Shown here in pieces: positions 50,671-63,296 of a stretch of DNA of 64,000 bases. Where the stretch lies: positions 13,888,001 to 13,952,000 of the forward strand of contig CM060734.1 of NCBI GenBank assembly GCA_030704615.1, read 5' to 3'. The notes under the pieces were generated by a model, which ran no database searches, was not told where the DNA came from, and worked only from the letters and a program-made list of their open reading frames with translations. This DNA is from Takakia lepidozioides. Taxonomy: Eukaryota; Plantae; Bryophyta. The position numbers and the translations under genes were made by a program. How positions within the stretch are numbered: the first letter of the stretch is position 1; each line of letters starts with the position of its first letter.

Positions 50671-50871
50671 CATTACAGCAAATGGGGGGGGGTTTGCGAC
50701 GCCAGCGCGCCCCCACGCCCCGCACGGCGCTGAGCCCGCAACATTTTTTTGCAACGTCCCGGCGTCGCAATCCCTAGCTGCGACATCATTACGATGCCCA
50801 GCCGTCGTAAGGTGGCATGAAGGGGGAAAGAGGGCCCTCGCTGCGACGGATTTTTTTTCTTGCAACACCCC
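50671..50871 (-). mobile_element. Non-autonomous CACTA element, right part (inverted)
   Basis: CATTACAGCAAATGGGGGGGGGTTTGCGACGCC matches the TIR at 32576. The flank CCG (50668-50670) is the reverse complement of the TSD CGG. Confidence 0.8.
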
Positions 50872-53246
50872 GCACAGGCCGTCCACATGTCAACACGGGC
50901 CACCACAGACCAGCACAGGCCCACACAGCTCACTGGTCACAGCCGTCACAGTCCCACAGGCCACTGGGCACAACCTGTCACAGCCCCTCATAGCCCGTCA
51001 CAGCTCGCCACAGCCTGTCACAGCCTGTCACAGCCCATCACAGCCCCACAGGCCACAGGGCACAGCCCGCCACAGCCCCGCACAGCCCGTCACAGCCCCA
51101 CAGGCCACTGGGCACAGCCTATCACAGCCCCGCACAGCCCGTCACAGCTCGCCACAGCCCCTCACAACCCCAAAGGCCTCAGGCACGGCTTGTCACAACC
51201 CCTCACAGCCCAAAGGCCACGGGCACAGCCTGACACAGCCCCTCACAGCCCGTCACAGCCCCAAGGCCTCAGGCACGGCCTGACACAGCCCCTCACAGCC
51301 CCTACAGCCCCAAAGGCCTCAGGCATGGCTTGTCACAGCCCCTCACAGCCCCAAAGGCCACGGGCACAGCCCGTCACAGCCCGTCACAGCCCCATCCATG
51401 GCCGCTCTGGCAGTTTAGCCATTTCTCCAAGGGGTTTATCCACGCCGGGTCTAGGGTTTGTGTCTCTTGGACTCTAGTCTTCTTTCCACCGAGCTATGGC
51501 GGCTGTGAGGAAATCAGCAAGGTATTCTTGCTCTTTCGGCTCCCACACACCACCATAGTAGCCCTAAGCCATGAGGTGGTTGCCACAAACCAAGCCTTCT
51601 TTCTCACTTAGCCTCCCCAAACACGCCACTAAACAATGGCAAACAACCAAGCCCTGCTGGTTCCCAGCCCTGTGAGCACTCATTCAAGCACTCTCCTTGG
51701 CCATAGCATCTATCTTAGAGCCTATTCCAGCCCCCTACACCTGCTGCTTCAAGAGTTGCGCTCCCTTCAAGCTTGAAGTTGAAACCCCAACTCACATAGG
51801 CCCTACAAGTGCTTTTCTTTCACTCCAAGTGGAAACCAGCCCTAGACCTTCCGTTCTAGCTCTCTAAAGCTTGAAAACAAGAGCCTCAATGGGCTGAAGG
51901 CATGCTCCACACATGCCCCACTCTCACCATAAGAGAATCAGCTCCTTTGCTTCATTTCTTGCACCCACAAACCTGAAAATACAAGCTTCAGCAGGCTGAA
52001 AGCATGCTCCACATGCCCTACAGGGAAACCAGCCCCTTCCTTCATTTCTTGCACTCCCACACCTGAAAGTGCAAGCCTTCACCAGGCTGATAGCATGCTC
52101 CACACACATGCATTGCCCTCACATAAGGGAAGTCAGCCCTTCCCTCTTCCTTGCTTGCCCTCCAAGCTTGAAGATGGAAGCGTCAATGAGCTGAATACAT
52201 GCTCCACACATGCAACCTCTTCACATAAGAGATATCAGCCCCCTATCTTGGCTCTTTGGCTCCTTGATGCTCTCTAAGACAAGACTAAGCACTCCAACAA
52301 CCTTTGCCAAGCTCCTGAAAACCCTAAGGCTTACATTTCCAGCCACAAGACACTTCTCTTGTGGGTGCAAGAGCTCTTCTTCCAAGCTCTGAAACCCTAG
52401 GTGCACATTCCATGGCCTTGCCGCACCTCTTAGCTCCTGTTCCAGCCCTGCTCTTGCCATGACAAGAGCCCTCTCAATGCTGAAGCTCGAGATTGAAACC
52501 CAATCTCACCATACTCCACAAAGTGCACTGATTTGCCCCAAGCCAAATCAGCCCTTTCGCTTGGTCTTGCAATCCTTCACACAATGAAAGCTCGCATTCC
52601 CAAGTCCAGTTCTTAGCTTTGCCACCAAAGCCACTATAACCTGCTCTTGACTGGTCCTCTTCCCAATCGTGCTTGCTCATGCATGTACACAATCTGAAAC
52701 CATCAAGGTGCTCTGGAATTACCTGCAGCATGGTGCTTCATCTCTGAAGCTGAAGATCGAATGCCAAGGTCTACCACCGTAACCCACATCGCCTCCGCTT
52801 CTAACAACCAAGAGCTCCACGGTGCTCCTTGCATAACAACTTGGTTTCTCTCATTCTCAAGCAAAAACCACAAGTGCTACAACTAACTCGTATCTGGCAC
52901 TCACAGATACGAGCTCATCTCTCTCGAGTGATAAAGAAGAAGAAGACAAGCACGAGCTCACAAATCTGAAGCATAAACTCATGCATATAAAACCTCATCA
53001 CTCAAATACAAGTCAAGCCAAGTGCACCCCACGCCATGGGGAATCCACACTACGGCGCCATAGCTAGGCGCGGTGAGGCTCAACTCGAGAAAGATGAGCC
53101 TCCCGCGCTTGCCGTGAAGATAACCACTCCAGGGCCTAAATCTGCCTTGACCCCTGGATTGACACTTGGGCCAATCCCAAATGTCAATATGTAAAAGCTA
53201 GCTATTTCCTAGCTAGTTTCACACTAGTGGTAAAATAACTCTGACA
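50872..53246 (-). mobile_element. 5' part of the second MTase/PHD gypsy copy (X repeat, leader, CACAGCC array)
   Basis: Colinear with 21915-24944. X is at 52929-53246, and the flank reads ...GCTTTGG-AGAC|TGTCA on the minus strand. Confidence 0.95.
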
Positions 53247-53465
53247 GTCTCCAAAGCCTCCATCCCGCGTCCTTGCTGTGCATAAGCTGTGATCATCGCA
53301 GTCCAAGACACCACATCTCGGTCGGCCATATTTTCCAACACTCCTACATCATCAGAACAATGTCCAGAACAACATATGGTACGATTCCAACTTCGATAAT
53401 GTCAGCATGGACCTCTTTGCCCTTTTGCAGGGCTGCCATAATCACACACGCATTGCAAACACAGT
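53247..53465 (-). pseudogene. 5' fragment of the same PPR gene
   Basis: Minus strand reads ..CNACVIMAALQKGKEVHADIIEVGIV..MADRDVVSWTAMITAYAQQGRGMEALET. It joins (T)YEQMMREEVKPD at 41976 through the TSD AGAC. Confidence 0.88.
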
Positions 53466-56027
53466 ACATGAAGGAAGGGAAGAAGAAGGAGATGGAGGTC
53501 GCGTTCGCCGAGCAGGAGTGACTTGAAAATCTCGCTTAGGTCCTCGGCCCCCTCACTGCGACTTACGGAGCTCACAACCTGAGCTCCATATCAATTGTCC
53601 CGCTCGCAATTCGACGCGTGTCATTGTAATTTCAAAATAGTGCCATATGGGTTACAATTGAAAAAAATGTCCCGGGGGGGTCCAACCCGCAGTCGTCAAC
53701 ACGACTGCAAATTTCATTAATATAAAAAATATGTTTTTCCGATTTTTTGGAAATCAGCCTATAAATTGGCGTGAAACCTGGAGTTCACTTTTGCGACTTG
53801 TATACTCCATCCTTTATGCCAGCGTGGCATAAAAACGACTGCAACGACTGCAACGATTGGCGAGTTGTCATTCACAACCTGGAGTCCCACGCGCAGTCGT
53901 TTCGGACAGAATCGCAACCGTGAGTCGGGTACGAAAAGCACCTATTCCTTGTAGTGCTCTCACGCTCTCTATCAGCCTCACACCCTTGCTTCAGTCCAAG
54001 TATGACAACATCAGGGAGGCAGACGCAATTATCAACAAAGGTACTATCGCATGCAGTCTCAACCTCAAGGCCTGCAGCAACCCTGATGCTCGGGAGGAGA
54101 GCAAGCGACTTCCTATGAGCTGTGTCAAGCTGTATCCGGACCTCCTTGGCATCCACTCATCACCACAAATTATGGCAATCAGGGTTTGCACCAGCTCGCC
54201 AGTCTGCACAATTGCAGTGTCCATAAACAGATTCATGGTACTACAACGTCATCAGGGAGGCTGGTGCGGTGATGGAATGGTATAAACTTGCTCATGTCTT
54301 TTGCTTCATACCTGCTCAACGGCTCACCAACATCTTCAAAAGTGACCTGGTCATCTCAACATTTTTAGACCTGCATCTGGCACCGGCTAGTATGCTCAAG
54401 GAGCTGGCACCCTACTTCCACCGAATCTCGCAACAGATGCGGTTTCTTGGGCTGCCGTTGCCACACGATATCAGCATGAAAGAAGCTTTGGAGTACCAGC
54501 GTATCTTATTCTGAATCCGTCTAGGAGGCCACGCTTCATTAGTTGCCGCACAATGATGCTTTTATGCAAGGCAAGCCGCAATGCTGCGAACACCAGTCGA
54601 CATGCTCGAATATTGATCACGCCCAATCTAGAGACTCATTGTTCATGGCGGGCCGAACATTGCAGACCAGATAAGCAACAGACCACTATCCTCCTTTTTG
54701 CTTACCTATGTTGTGCTCAATGTGCCCCCCATGTAATCTCTGGAAATTATACACTACCATTTCACCTATATGTGTCTTGGAAATGCACCGAAACATTGAC
54801 CTCCAACATGTCATCTACAGGGGCGTCTCAAAAAGTTCTAAACTTACCAAGGCCATGACCTCTTTTCTATCAGCTGCATTGCCGACAATAACTACCCACA
54901 CCACTATAAACACGTCTCTCATCTTGTTATGTTTGGCGGACTCATCACAGTAACCTCTCCAGCAAGATCTCATCAGTTCGATTTACTTCATCCTGCATCA
55001 ACTGAAGAAGACAACCAACTAAGGGAAGTAGCTCCACCTGCTGTATATGCTGTCTACCGTGCTTTCTATTTAAATTTTCAGCTGCCGTTGTATGCACCTG
55101 CTCTTGGCTATCTCCCCCCTTCCCCCATCCATGCCTCACTTCCTCCCTATGAACTGAATTCTGATGCCCCTGCCCCTCCCTCCCCTTCTCTATTACCCAC
55201 GCTGAACAATCAAATGTACAAAATGCTTGTCAAATCTCAGGACAGCCTCGCCACTGGCCAACTCCCCCACTCCACTTGTTCTCTTTCCTCAAGCATACTG
55301 GCTATTTTTCTTGTGTTCTTCTGCCCACCACTATGTTCTCTACTCCCATCCTTGCTGAAATATGGTGTTGTCTCTTACAAGGTTATCACCAACGTCCACG
55401 TGCCTGCCACATCAACGCCTATAATGTAATCAACCTAACCATTTATATTCAATGTCATGGGCCATTACTGCAGCCCCTTCCCCAGGTATGGATTCTTCAT
55501 ATCAGAGTGTCCAGCCACACATGATTACGAGTACCACCCAACATGAAAATAACATCTTCAGGTCTGCTCGCTCTCCTCAGATCCCATCCATCACCAGTGC
55601 CTTAATTGTTCTAACACCTGTGCATTATCTCTTTGTGTCTCCATGTATCTCTCTACTATTCAGTTAGGCTGTGGCACTCCACAAAAATCCAGGTCAGGTC
55701 ACTTCCTTGTGCTTTATTCCCGTGCCATAAGTCGTATACTGTACTCTCTACCGTTGTACACCACCTTGAACTTTATGCAGTCACGAATAGGTCTAAAAGC
55801 CCCATCTAAACATCAACGACGCTACCGCATGAGCCTGGCGCGTGAGCGTGACGTGGCGTGAGCCTACGCTCACATCGCTGACATGGCACTGATGCTGATG
55901 TGGCATGAGCCTAGCCCAGGTCGTGCCACGTCACCACAAAGAAGGTGGGCCTATAACCGTGGAGCCTACAACTGGGGATTTTACCACATGAAGGTGAGAC
56001 GGGTTAAGGGTTTCGGGCGTCCGTAGA

Positions 56028-56143
56028 GTTCAACCTTGTGTTAACATGAGGTTGATATCATAGAACTCAAATCAACCTTGTGTTAACACGAGGTTATTTT
56101 CCTAGAACTCAAATCAACCTTGTGTTAACGCGAGGTTGATTTC
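56028..56143. repeat. Three palindromic TCAACCTTGTGTTAACACGAGGTTGA motifs
   Basis: Tandem ~26-32-bp dyads; the same family recurs at 58840-59270. Confidence 0.8.
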
Positions 56144-56399
56144 CGACAATGTCCATTTGAAGGAAGCTTGTTGTGTTCGCAAATGAACAGAGGAGGACGA
56201 ACAAATGCGACAAATTTGTAGACCCACGCATTGGGAAGATGTTAGAGGACATACACTGAGAGACACTGGACTTCAACACTCATTCCATTACAAGTAGTAG
56301 TCAAGGAAAATTCAGATTTCTTCATGGCAAGTGCATGTTGTTTATATGCTTGTATCCCACTGTAGAAGTGTGCTGACTTCGTTGAAACTCATAGTGACT

Positions 56400-57480
56400 T
56401 GGTTAATGAAGAAGTCGCGCTTTGGATCACAAACCATCTTTCTCAAGAAGACGAAATAAAGATGTTTGCATGGTATGAATTTCCCTCTCTTTCCCAAACT
56501 ATTTGAAAGCATACCAACAAAATCAGGACAGGTGCAATTTGGAAAATTGGAAACAGTGATGTCGTACGTCCTGTCATGCTATTCCTGTCTTGGAATAACA
56601 TGGCTTTACTTCAGAGTCATCACATCCTAGCACAAGTACACATCGAATCACTCTGACTCCACTGGATACATACTGATCCCTTCTAAGTTGCATCCAACTT
56701 TTTTATACTATGCTCAAAAGAGCCGTTACAGCCTGCGGTCGTTAATGACCGCTGCCTAACTGCCTACGTAGCCTAAAAGGTTTGCCGAAAAAGTGGCCCG
56801 TGGTCGTGGTCGTGACTCGTGGTCGTGTGCCTTAGTGGTATACGGTCCCTCACTACTCCTTCAACTAGTAAAGCCTATGCTACCATGGCCATGTGATATC
56901 GTGGTTCACGGCCCACGGCTGCTACATTATCCACTATTGCTCCTCGTGGTAATGTGTCCCGTGCTCCGCTGCTGTTAAGTGCCGAACACTTAGCCTTTTC
57001 TGCCTCGTGGCCGGGTAGTGTGAAGTAAATCACTACATGCTATGTACCCTCGTGGCTTCAGTTGTCCTGCCCTCGTGGCACTAACACTTAGCCGTTATCA
57101 ATGCCTCCCACTCGTCCCAGAGGGGGCAGCTCGAAAACAATATTACCATCAAATGATTCTGGAAGGAACTTCACACGCTCAACACTGAAAGTGCTCCAGT
57201 CAATCCCTCTCAACTCACTCTTGAATCCTGCCATTCCACCCATGGCTTTCAGTTTGGGAATGACACTAGTGATCTCCTCTACATCTGCTTCCATAATTGG
57301 AGATGGCTGATCCACAAGTGGTATTTCATATGCGTCCTCGAAGGAGGAGTTGGAAAGCTCCACGACTGTGTTAACGCTAGTTGACTCCTTAACAACCACG
57401 GGTGTTTTTTCCTGGGCCACTGAAGTGGCCGTTCCAAGAGTAAGAAACGATCCTGCAGACTGTCGACGAGGAGCACTCAA
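56400..57480 (-). pseudogene. Relic of a SWIM-containing (MULE-like) gene
   Basis: YDITVSNFPNCTCPDF...IPCKHLYFV at about 56570-56450, with a frameshift. The upstream ORF 57088-57483 (IDWSTFSVERVKFLPESFDGNIVFELPP) is on the same strand and may belong to it. Confidence 0.55.
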
Positions 57481-58839
57481 CACCCTGTATCAGCCTAGAG
57501 GCACTCTCCATTGTGTGGTGTATGCAATCTCCGAGGGTTTTTGGAACGCGTACTTGAGCAAATTTCCGTTGGCATCGTACACTTCCCTCTCGAGGAAAAG
57601 AGTGCCATTCTCCAACCGAAACTGCGTTGCGAGCACGCGTTCTGATCATCATCCACTTCGTACGAAAATGACACTTGATGATCCTCGCTGAAGAACTCTG
57701 CGTCCAGGGAGCCCATGGCCTGGGAGGTCATTTGTCAATGTTGCTTCAAAGTGCACAGTCCAGAGTCCAATGTTGCTTCTGAGTGCAGAGTGTACTGGGG
57801 TGGTGCTTCTGGGATGGATGTAAGAAGTCTTTGCACACAATTGTAGCAGTTGTTTTTGAAGGATTGTTCTTTAAATGCGAAATTAAACGTTACACAGGTG
57901 GATCAATGTATGGTCAGTGAGCGCCCAAATGCGGAGTGGTGACTGACAGCCTAAATGTCATGTCGAACTCACATGCCTCTCGAATTTCCGCATTTGCCCC
58001 CACGATGACGACTCCCAAAGCCTCAACTAAAAAGTTCAATCATATCGCCGCCACATGACTGTTGTGTCAGACTGGGCAACTCAAGTCCTCAGTCTCATTC
58101 AATGTTTAACGGCTTCATTAAAAGACCAACTGTACAGCCCTTTGGCACATCCAAAAATTGGATTCCCCTGAAGAAAACTTTAGATGAGAAGTGAACTTGG
58201 ATGAATTCCGGAGGTTGAAACGTAAATGTTTTCCGGCGCTATTCTTAACCGTAGAGTGTGACATGTTGTTCATGCAGGTGGACCACCCAGGTAGCGGTGT
58301 GGACCTATGCAGCAACCATCTTGGTGGGGATGGGCTGGAGGTGAACCTCACGCAGTGTCACATTTTTCCTCCTTTTTCTGCTCACTGCAACCCTGGATCC
58401 TGCCGTGATGGTCACGCCATCTCGTGGGAGAAGAAGGCGCCGTCGAACGCTGTACTTCACATCTACCAAGCAGAGGGCATGCGCCAAGGAGAGGATGAAG
58501 AAGGCTAGATGGGGAACTGCGGATGGGCGAGGAAACAAACGATGGAGACGAAGAGGAGGGGCTGCAACCAAATCTACTACGACAGTTTCGGCAGGAAGGC
58601 CTTGAAGCGGTGCCGGAGGCGACGGAAGAACAACCAGCCATAGAGGGAGGGGATGACGACGAAGACAGCTGGGCTCGAGTTGAAGTTCAGAGAGAGGAAA
58701 ACACAGGCATGGAAGACCAGGGAGGGGAGGAGGGTGCAGACACGCTTGGATTTGCTGTTGTTTCCCACCAGAAGCATCACTGTCACTGCTCATAAGCCTT
58801 TTGCTTTTCCAGTGAGTTCAATGTGAAAGTGAGAGCTCG

Positions 58840-59270
58840 AAATCAACCTTGCGTCAACGCGAGGTTGATTTCGACTTGATTGGAATGCACATAAGAGATC
58901 ACATAGGTATCGATTAGGTAGAGATTTGCAGCAGAGCATGAACAGTGCAGAACCCAAAACAAGGTTGCGTCAACACGAGCTACATATGGGCCTGCAAGGT
59001 ATCTATTTTGCACATGAAACCTTGCTTCGCCAGCCCTCAAATCAACCTTGCGCAACGCGAGGTTGATTTGGGAACCTGTCATGTGCATGCGTTGCATTGG
59101 AAACCCTGCTTCGTGAAATGCAAGGTATGGGAAGAAGAGTGCATGCAGGCCCCCAAATGAACCTTGCGTCAACGCAAGGTTGATTTGGGGTTCGCTGGAG
59201 TGTTTCTTGATGCATTTTGCTATCCTGCAGCCCCATAAATCAACCTTGCGTCAATGCAAGGTTGATTTGT
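58840..59270. repeat. Four dispersed palindromes AAATCAACCTTGCGTCAACGCGAGGTTGATTT
   Basis: Copies at about 58840, 59038, 59158 and 59237. Confidence 0.8.
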
Positions 59271-59429
59271 GGAAGCATGAACTGTCTGTTTGGGCAGGGG
59301 TTCACTCACGCGGATCGCGTTTTGATGCAGAGAAAAAAAAAAAGAAAACCTGTGGCCGGAGATGGAGCTGTGGCAGAAGGTGAAGCTGAGGAAGAAGCAT
59401 TTGATGAGCACTATGAAGACAAGGCCGAG

Positions 59430-59850
59430 GCAGTAATGGGGGGCCAGAAAGTAAACTCTTCGAAGGTAATTTTGTCAATGGAGGTTCCTGGAGGAAACCT
59501 CCATATCCCACTCTGCAGAATGATTTCTATGCCCGCTGTCCGACCCGCACTGAGAAACGACATCACAAAATTGAAGAACGGTTTTGTTCACGGGTATGTG
59601 AAGGGATCTGCGGTGTTCTATGTATCCACAACCAACACGAAAGGAGAGGAGTGCCTTGTAACAGAGGACATTGAGCAAAGCTGGGATGCATGCTGGCGGG
59701 AAGTTAACAGGAGTTTGAGGCCAAGCTGTCAAAAAAGGCTTCAACAAAAGCGTTTATGGGAAAGATGTTTTTTGTTTGGGACGGGAACCATCGATTGCTT
59801 GCCTGGATGGAGTATATTTCTAGCTTGCACTCAGACGAGATGGATTGGCA
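59430..59850 (+). pseudogene. Frameshifted ORF with a ParB/sulfiredoxin-like DGNHR motif
   Basis: LHIPLCRMISMPAVRPALRNDITKLKNGFVHGY...FYVST is followed, after a frameshift, by KMFFVWDGNHRLLAWMEYI (DGNHR at 59780-59794). Confidence 0.55.
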
Positions 59851-60554
59851 CTGGGGAGCATAGTTTCCATGGTGCCATATCCACAATTGCTAATGAAAAT
59901 GAATTAGAGGCAGAGAGAGATGCACTCAATAGCAATGTTGGTTGAGGGCATAGTCCCGCAGATATAGTAGCCAGCTGTGGGGATTTCTACCCACCAGATA
60001 GATATTCACCCTAAAGCCATAGCGCCTGCATGCAGCCAGAGGACAATCTAGCTACAGGGAGATGAGGTGTGGCGGGATGGCTGGTATAGACCTCATGCTA
60101 CAAACCTCAATGTCAACTTCTACAATGCTGCTCTAGCTCCCAATCCGACAATGTGACACATGCGGCTTTGAGTGCACAGTCTGTCACATTGCTTGAGAAA
60201 GAGGAGAGGAGAGGCTGTGATGAGGTTGTGCTTTTTGAGATTTATGCTGGTGTGCCTGCCCCTTTGAAAAAGAGGTGAAAAAGAGGGAAGAAAAAGGAGC
60301 TTCCATGGAAAACATTCACTAGCATTCCTGAATTACAATTGGGCTGTTAGGGTTGCTGAAAAGCTTGTTTTGACTGTTTGGATACAGGCCAACCATTAAG
60401 CATAGAACGGCTTTGGCAGGAGTTCGAATCAAATCCTTCGCGGTGGTGGGACAACAGGTCTGGTAAGGTGACAGTCTCTACAATTTCCAATCATTCTTTT
60501 GTTTCTGTGGTAAAAAGGATGTTGATCCTTGTCTGAGTTGTAGACTGGAAGTGT

Positions 60555-61115
60555 TCGAAACGTAGCAGAACGCGTGGCAAAATGGGTTCTCAAGTTGGAC
60601 CCACAAGACCCTGCAGCTTATGTGCTGCTATCAAATATGCACGCCGCTGCTGGCAGGTGGGACGATAAAGCAAAGATCAGAAAAAAGATGGACGACAGAG
60701 GCGTCAGAAAGGAACCAGGGTGGAGCTGTGTTGAGTTCTACAACCAGGTGTATACATTTGTCTAGAAGACAATTCGCACTCAAAAACTGAGGGAATCCAT
60801 GCTGAGCTAAAGAGATTTTCTTTGCTGATGAAGGAGACTGGATAGGTGCCTGACACACGCACTGAAGGCATCATTGGGAGGAGCATAAGGAGCTCTCTCT
60901 TTGCTACCACAGTGAGAAGCTGGCCATTGCTTTTGGGCTCATCAGCACACCCCCTGGTATGCCTGTCCGCATTATCAAAAACCTGCGGGTGTGTGGTGAC
61001 TGCCACACAGCCACCAAGTTCATCTCGAAGATTGTCAAGCGGCCAATTGTGGTACGGGATGCTGTCCGATTCCACCACTTCCAAGATGGGGTCTGTTCCT
61101 GTGGTGAAAGATGCG
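60555..61115 (+). pseudogene. PPR E/E+/DYW deaminase-domain fragment
   Basis: YVLLSNMHAAAGRWD, PG box [29 protein letters not shown] and [13 protein letters not shown] are present. There are stops and frameshifts, no terminal DYW tripeptide and no upstream PPR array. Confidence 0.9.
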
Positions 61116-62953
61116 GTGCCTCAAAGATGAGGACACAGAACAAATTGGTAGCATAGTAGGAAATGGAAAGAAAACAATGTGTACCACTGAATGCAGCAGT
61201 AGTCAGTACCGCGCTTCCTACAAGCTGCTGCCGATGGTCACAATGACAATTCCAGCATCATTACCAATTATCAGTGAAGTCACAGATATTGTAGCAGAGC
61301 TTTCAACAGGAAAGAGAAGGCACATGGAAAACCTCCCAAGTTAGGGAGAGTTTGGTACCAAAAAGGTTGAACACAGAACCAGGAGACACTGAGAGGATTA
61401 TCTTATGTGGTGGCTTGGGAGCATCAATGCATTCGAGTGTTTTGAACATGAGCTCACAATTGGGAATAATCACTCCAAACAATGACTTTCGTTGTGGGGA
61501 AGAGGCCACTTATATACTATTGCACACTCTGACATCACCAGTATTGGGGTTGTTGTCATCCCATCCCACCATGCCTACATTGTTGCTGATTGCATGCAAG
61601 AATCTACGACTGTCTTAAAACCTCACAATATTTGTAAGGGAGGCCTGGATTGCCATGGCATAGACAGCAGGTACCAATGAAGAAAGTTTGGCTCAAAACA
61701 CTGATAACAGCGCCTCACAGACAATACTAATGTTGTGCAAATGAACATCTGTGGTGACGATGTCCAACTAGAAATAAAAGGCTTGCTGCAATTGAATGCA
61801 GAAAGTCCTCAGTAGTCTAATGGGATAATGCTGTGGGGCTGTGCAACAGAAAGTTGAACTAAAGGCAGTAGAAGAGTATCATGAATGTGATTCAGTACCA
61901 TTTTCCAGCTTTTCAGGTTTCTCCAACCAAGGATGAAACAGGCCAGACAGGTCGAGCTGCAAAGCAAAGATCAAAGGACCCGAGTCATTCTATGTCATGT
62001 GATCTTCTGGTGATCCACCCTGCACAGTTCTTCCATAACACTTGAACAATGAATATAGTTGAGTAGGTATATTGCAAAGTCATCCTTCCCAGGACAAAAC
62101 CTGACATTGGTGTCCATCGCTAAGACTTGTGTCCCAACAGCCACTTTGAAGTATAAAGATGACTGCATATTCAGGACTCAACATCAAGCATCTAGCAACA
62201 CATCCAAGGCTACACAATACATTTCTGTTTGTCTGTTTAGCACATCCTGCACATTTCACAAAAAGTCTGTCAGCTAATGTCTCTACGGCCCAAGATGTGT
62301 GCCCTTCGGAGCGAGGGGCGGGATATCACCGTACAGACAGATGTCCATCCTCTTTTCAGGACAGTACCTCGAAAGTTGTCAAGCTTCCGAGTCGCATGAG
62401 TATACGTTTGTGGCACTCAGAAATTACTTTGACAAACGTATAAATATCGTATTGTAAACAGACATTTCAGAAAGTACTATCCCCAGCACGAGATCCTTCA
62501 CACCCAGCTATAAAATTCTCAACCCCAGAAAACACTCATGTAGACCTCAAAAACGTAGCATGAAGTGAGCCGTGGAAATTCGGAAATCTAGAAGGCCACT
62601 GGGCACCAGAGAAGTGAAACCGCTCGTGGAGAGAAAGTCGAACACCCAAATAAGAAGATGAACAAGAGCAGGAAGAAGAATTACACAAAAGATCATGGAC
62701 AGCCTTTGCAATGAAGAACAACCCACAGTCACATAATCTTCCATATATGAATCACTTGATACATAAGCTCCACAGTTTGAACCGCCACAGAAAATCAAAA
62801 CCTATATCGTCTTCCCACGAATAGGCTTTGCGCCCCTTTCCACACGAAGCGAAGCCTCTCTTCCAAAACAGCCTTTGGAAAAATACCAAAAATCTATCAA
62901 GGGCCACCAGGCTCCGGGCCCCTAGTGTCTTGCAATTTCACACGCTAAATACC

Positions 62954-63163
62954 TCACAGGTCGTGGACAGTGAGACCAGGCGGCAGCGACTGCTTTAGCT
63001 TGTCGGCCTTATCGGTGTCGAATACACACAGCGTGTAGAGGTACTTCTTGCACCGCACTGTGAACTTGACCACATCCTTGCTCCTCTTGATCTTCACCGA
63101 CCGCGCATCCTTACGGCGGGCCGTGAGGAGAAAGTCCTTGATCTCACTGATCTGCTTCGGCAT
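62954..63163 (-). CDS. RPL38: 60S ribosomal protein L38 (eL38), 69 aa, intronless CDS
   Basis: [69 protein letters not shown]; ATG at 63163. Confidence 0.95.
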   Translation of the reverse strand: MPKQISEIKDFLLTARRKDARSVKIKRSKDVVKFTVRCKKYLYTLCVFDTDKADKLKQSLPPGLTVHDL

Positions 63164-63288
63164 GGTGCTTGCCCTCTGCTCTAATCTGCGCACGCTCCAG
63201 CTACAGCGGCCCAGTGCCCACCAGCAGAGAAAAGAGAACCCGCACCTTCGCTCTCGTAAAAGACGTCTTCCCTTGCCGCTGCCTTGTT

Positions 63289-63296
63289 TAGGGTTT
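63289..63296 (-). promoter_or_regulatory. Telo-box AAACCCTA upstream of RPL38
   Basis: Exact motif about 125 bp upstream of the ATG, typical of plant ribosomal protein genes. Confidence 0.55.

Noticed and set aside
53940-55850. Possible LINE ORF2 C-terminal relic
   Set aside because: Only a vague resemblance (VLQRHQGG); no RT or endonuclease motif was found.
60959-61156. DYW domain ending GERC as a possible U-to-C (DYW:KP) editing variant
   Set aside because: It has a canonical PG box and HSEKLA. The altered end is more simply explained by pseudogene decay.
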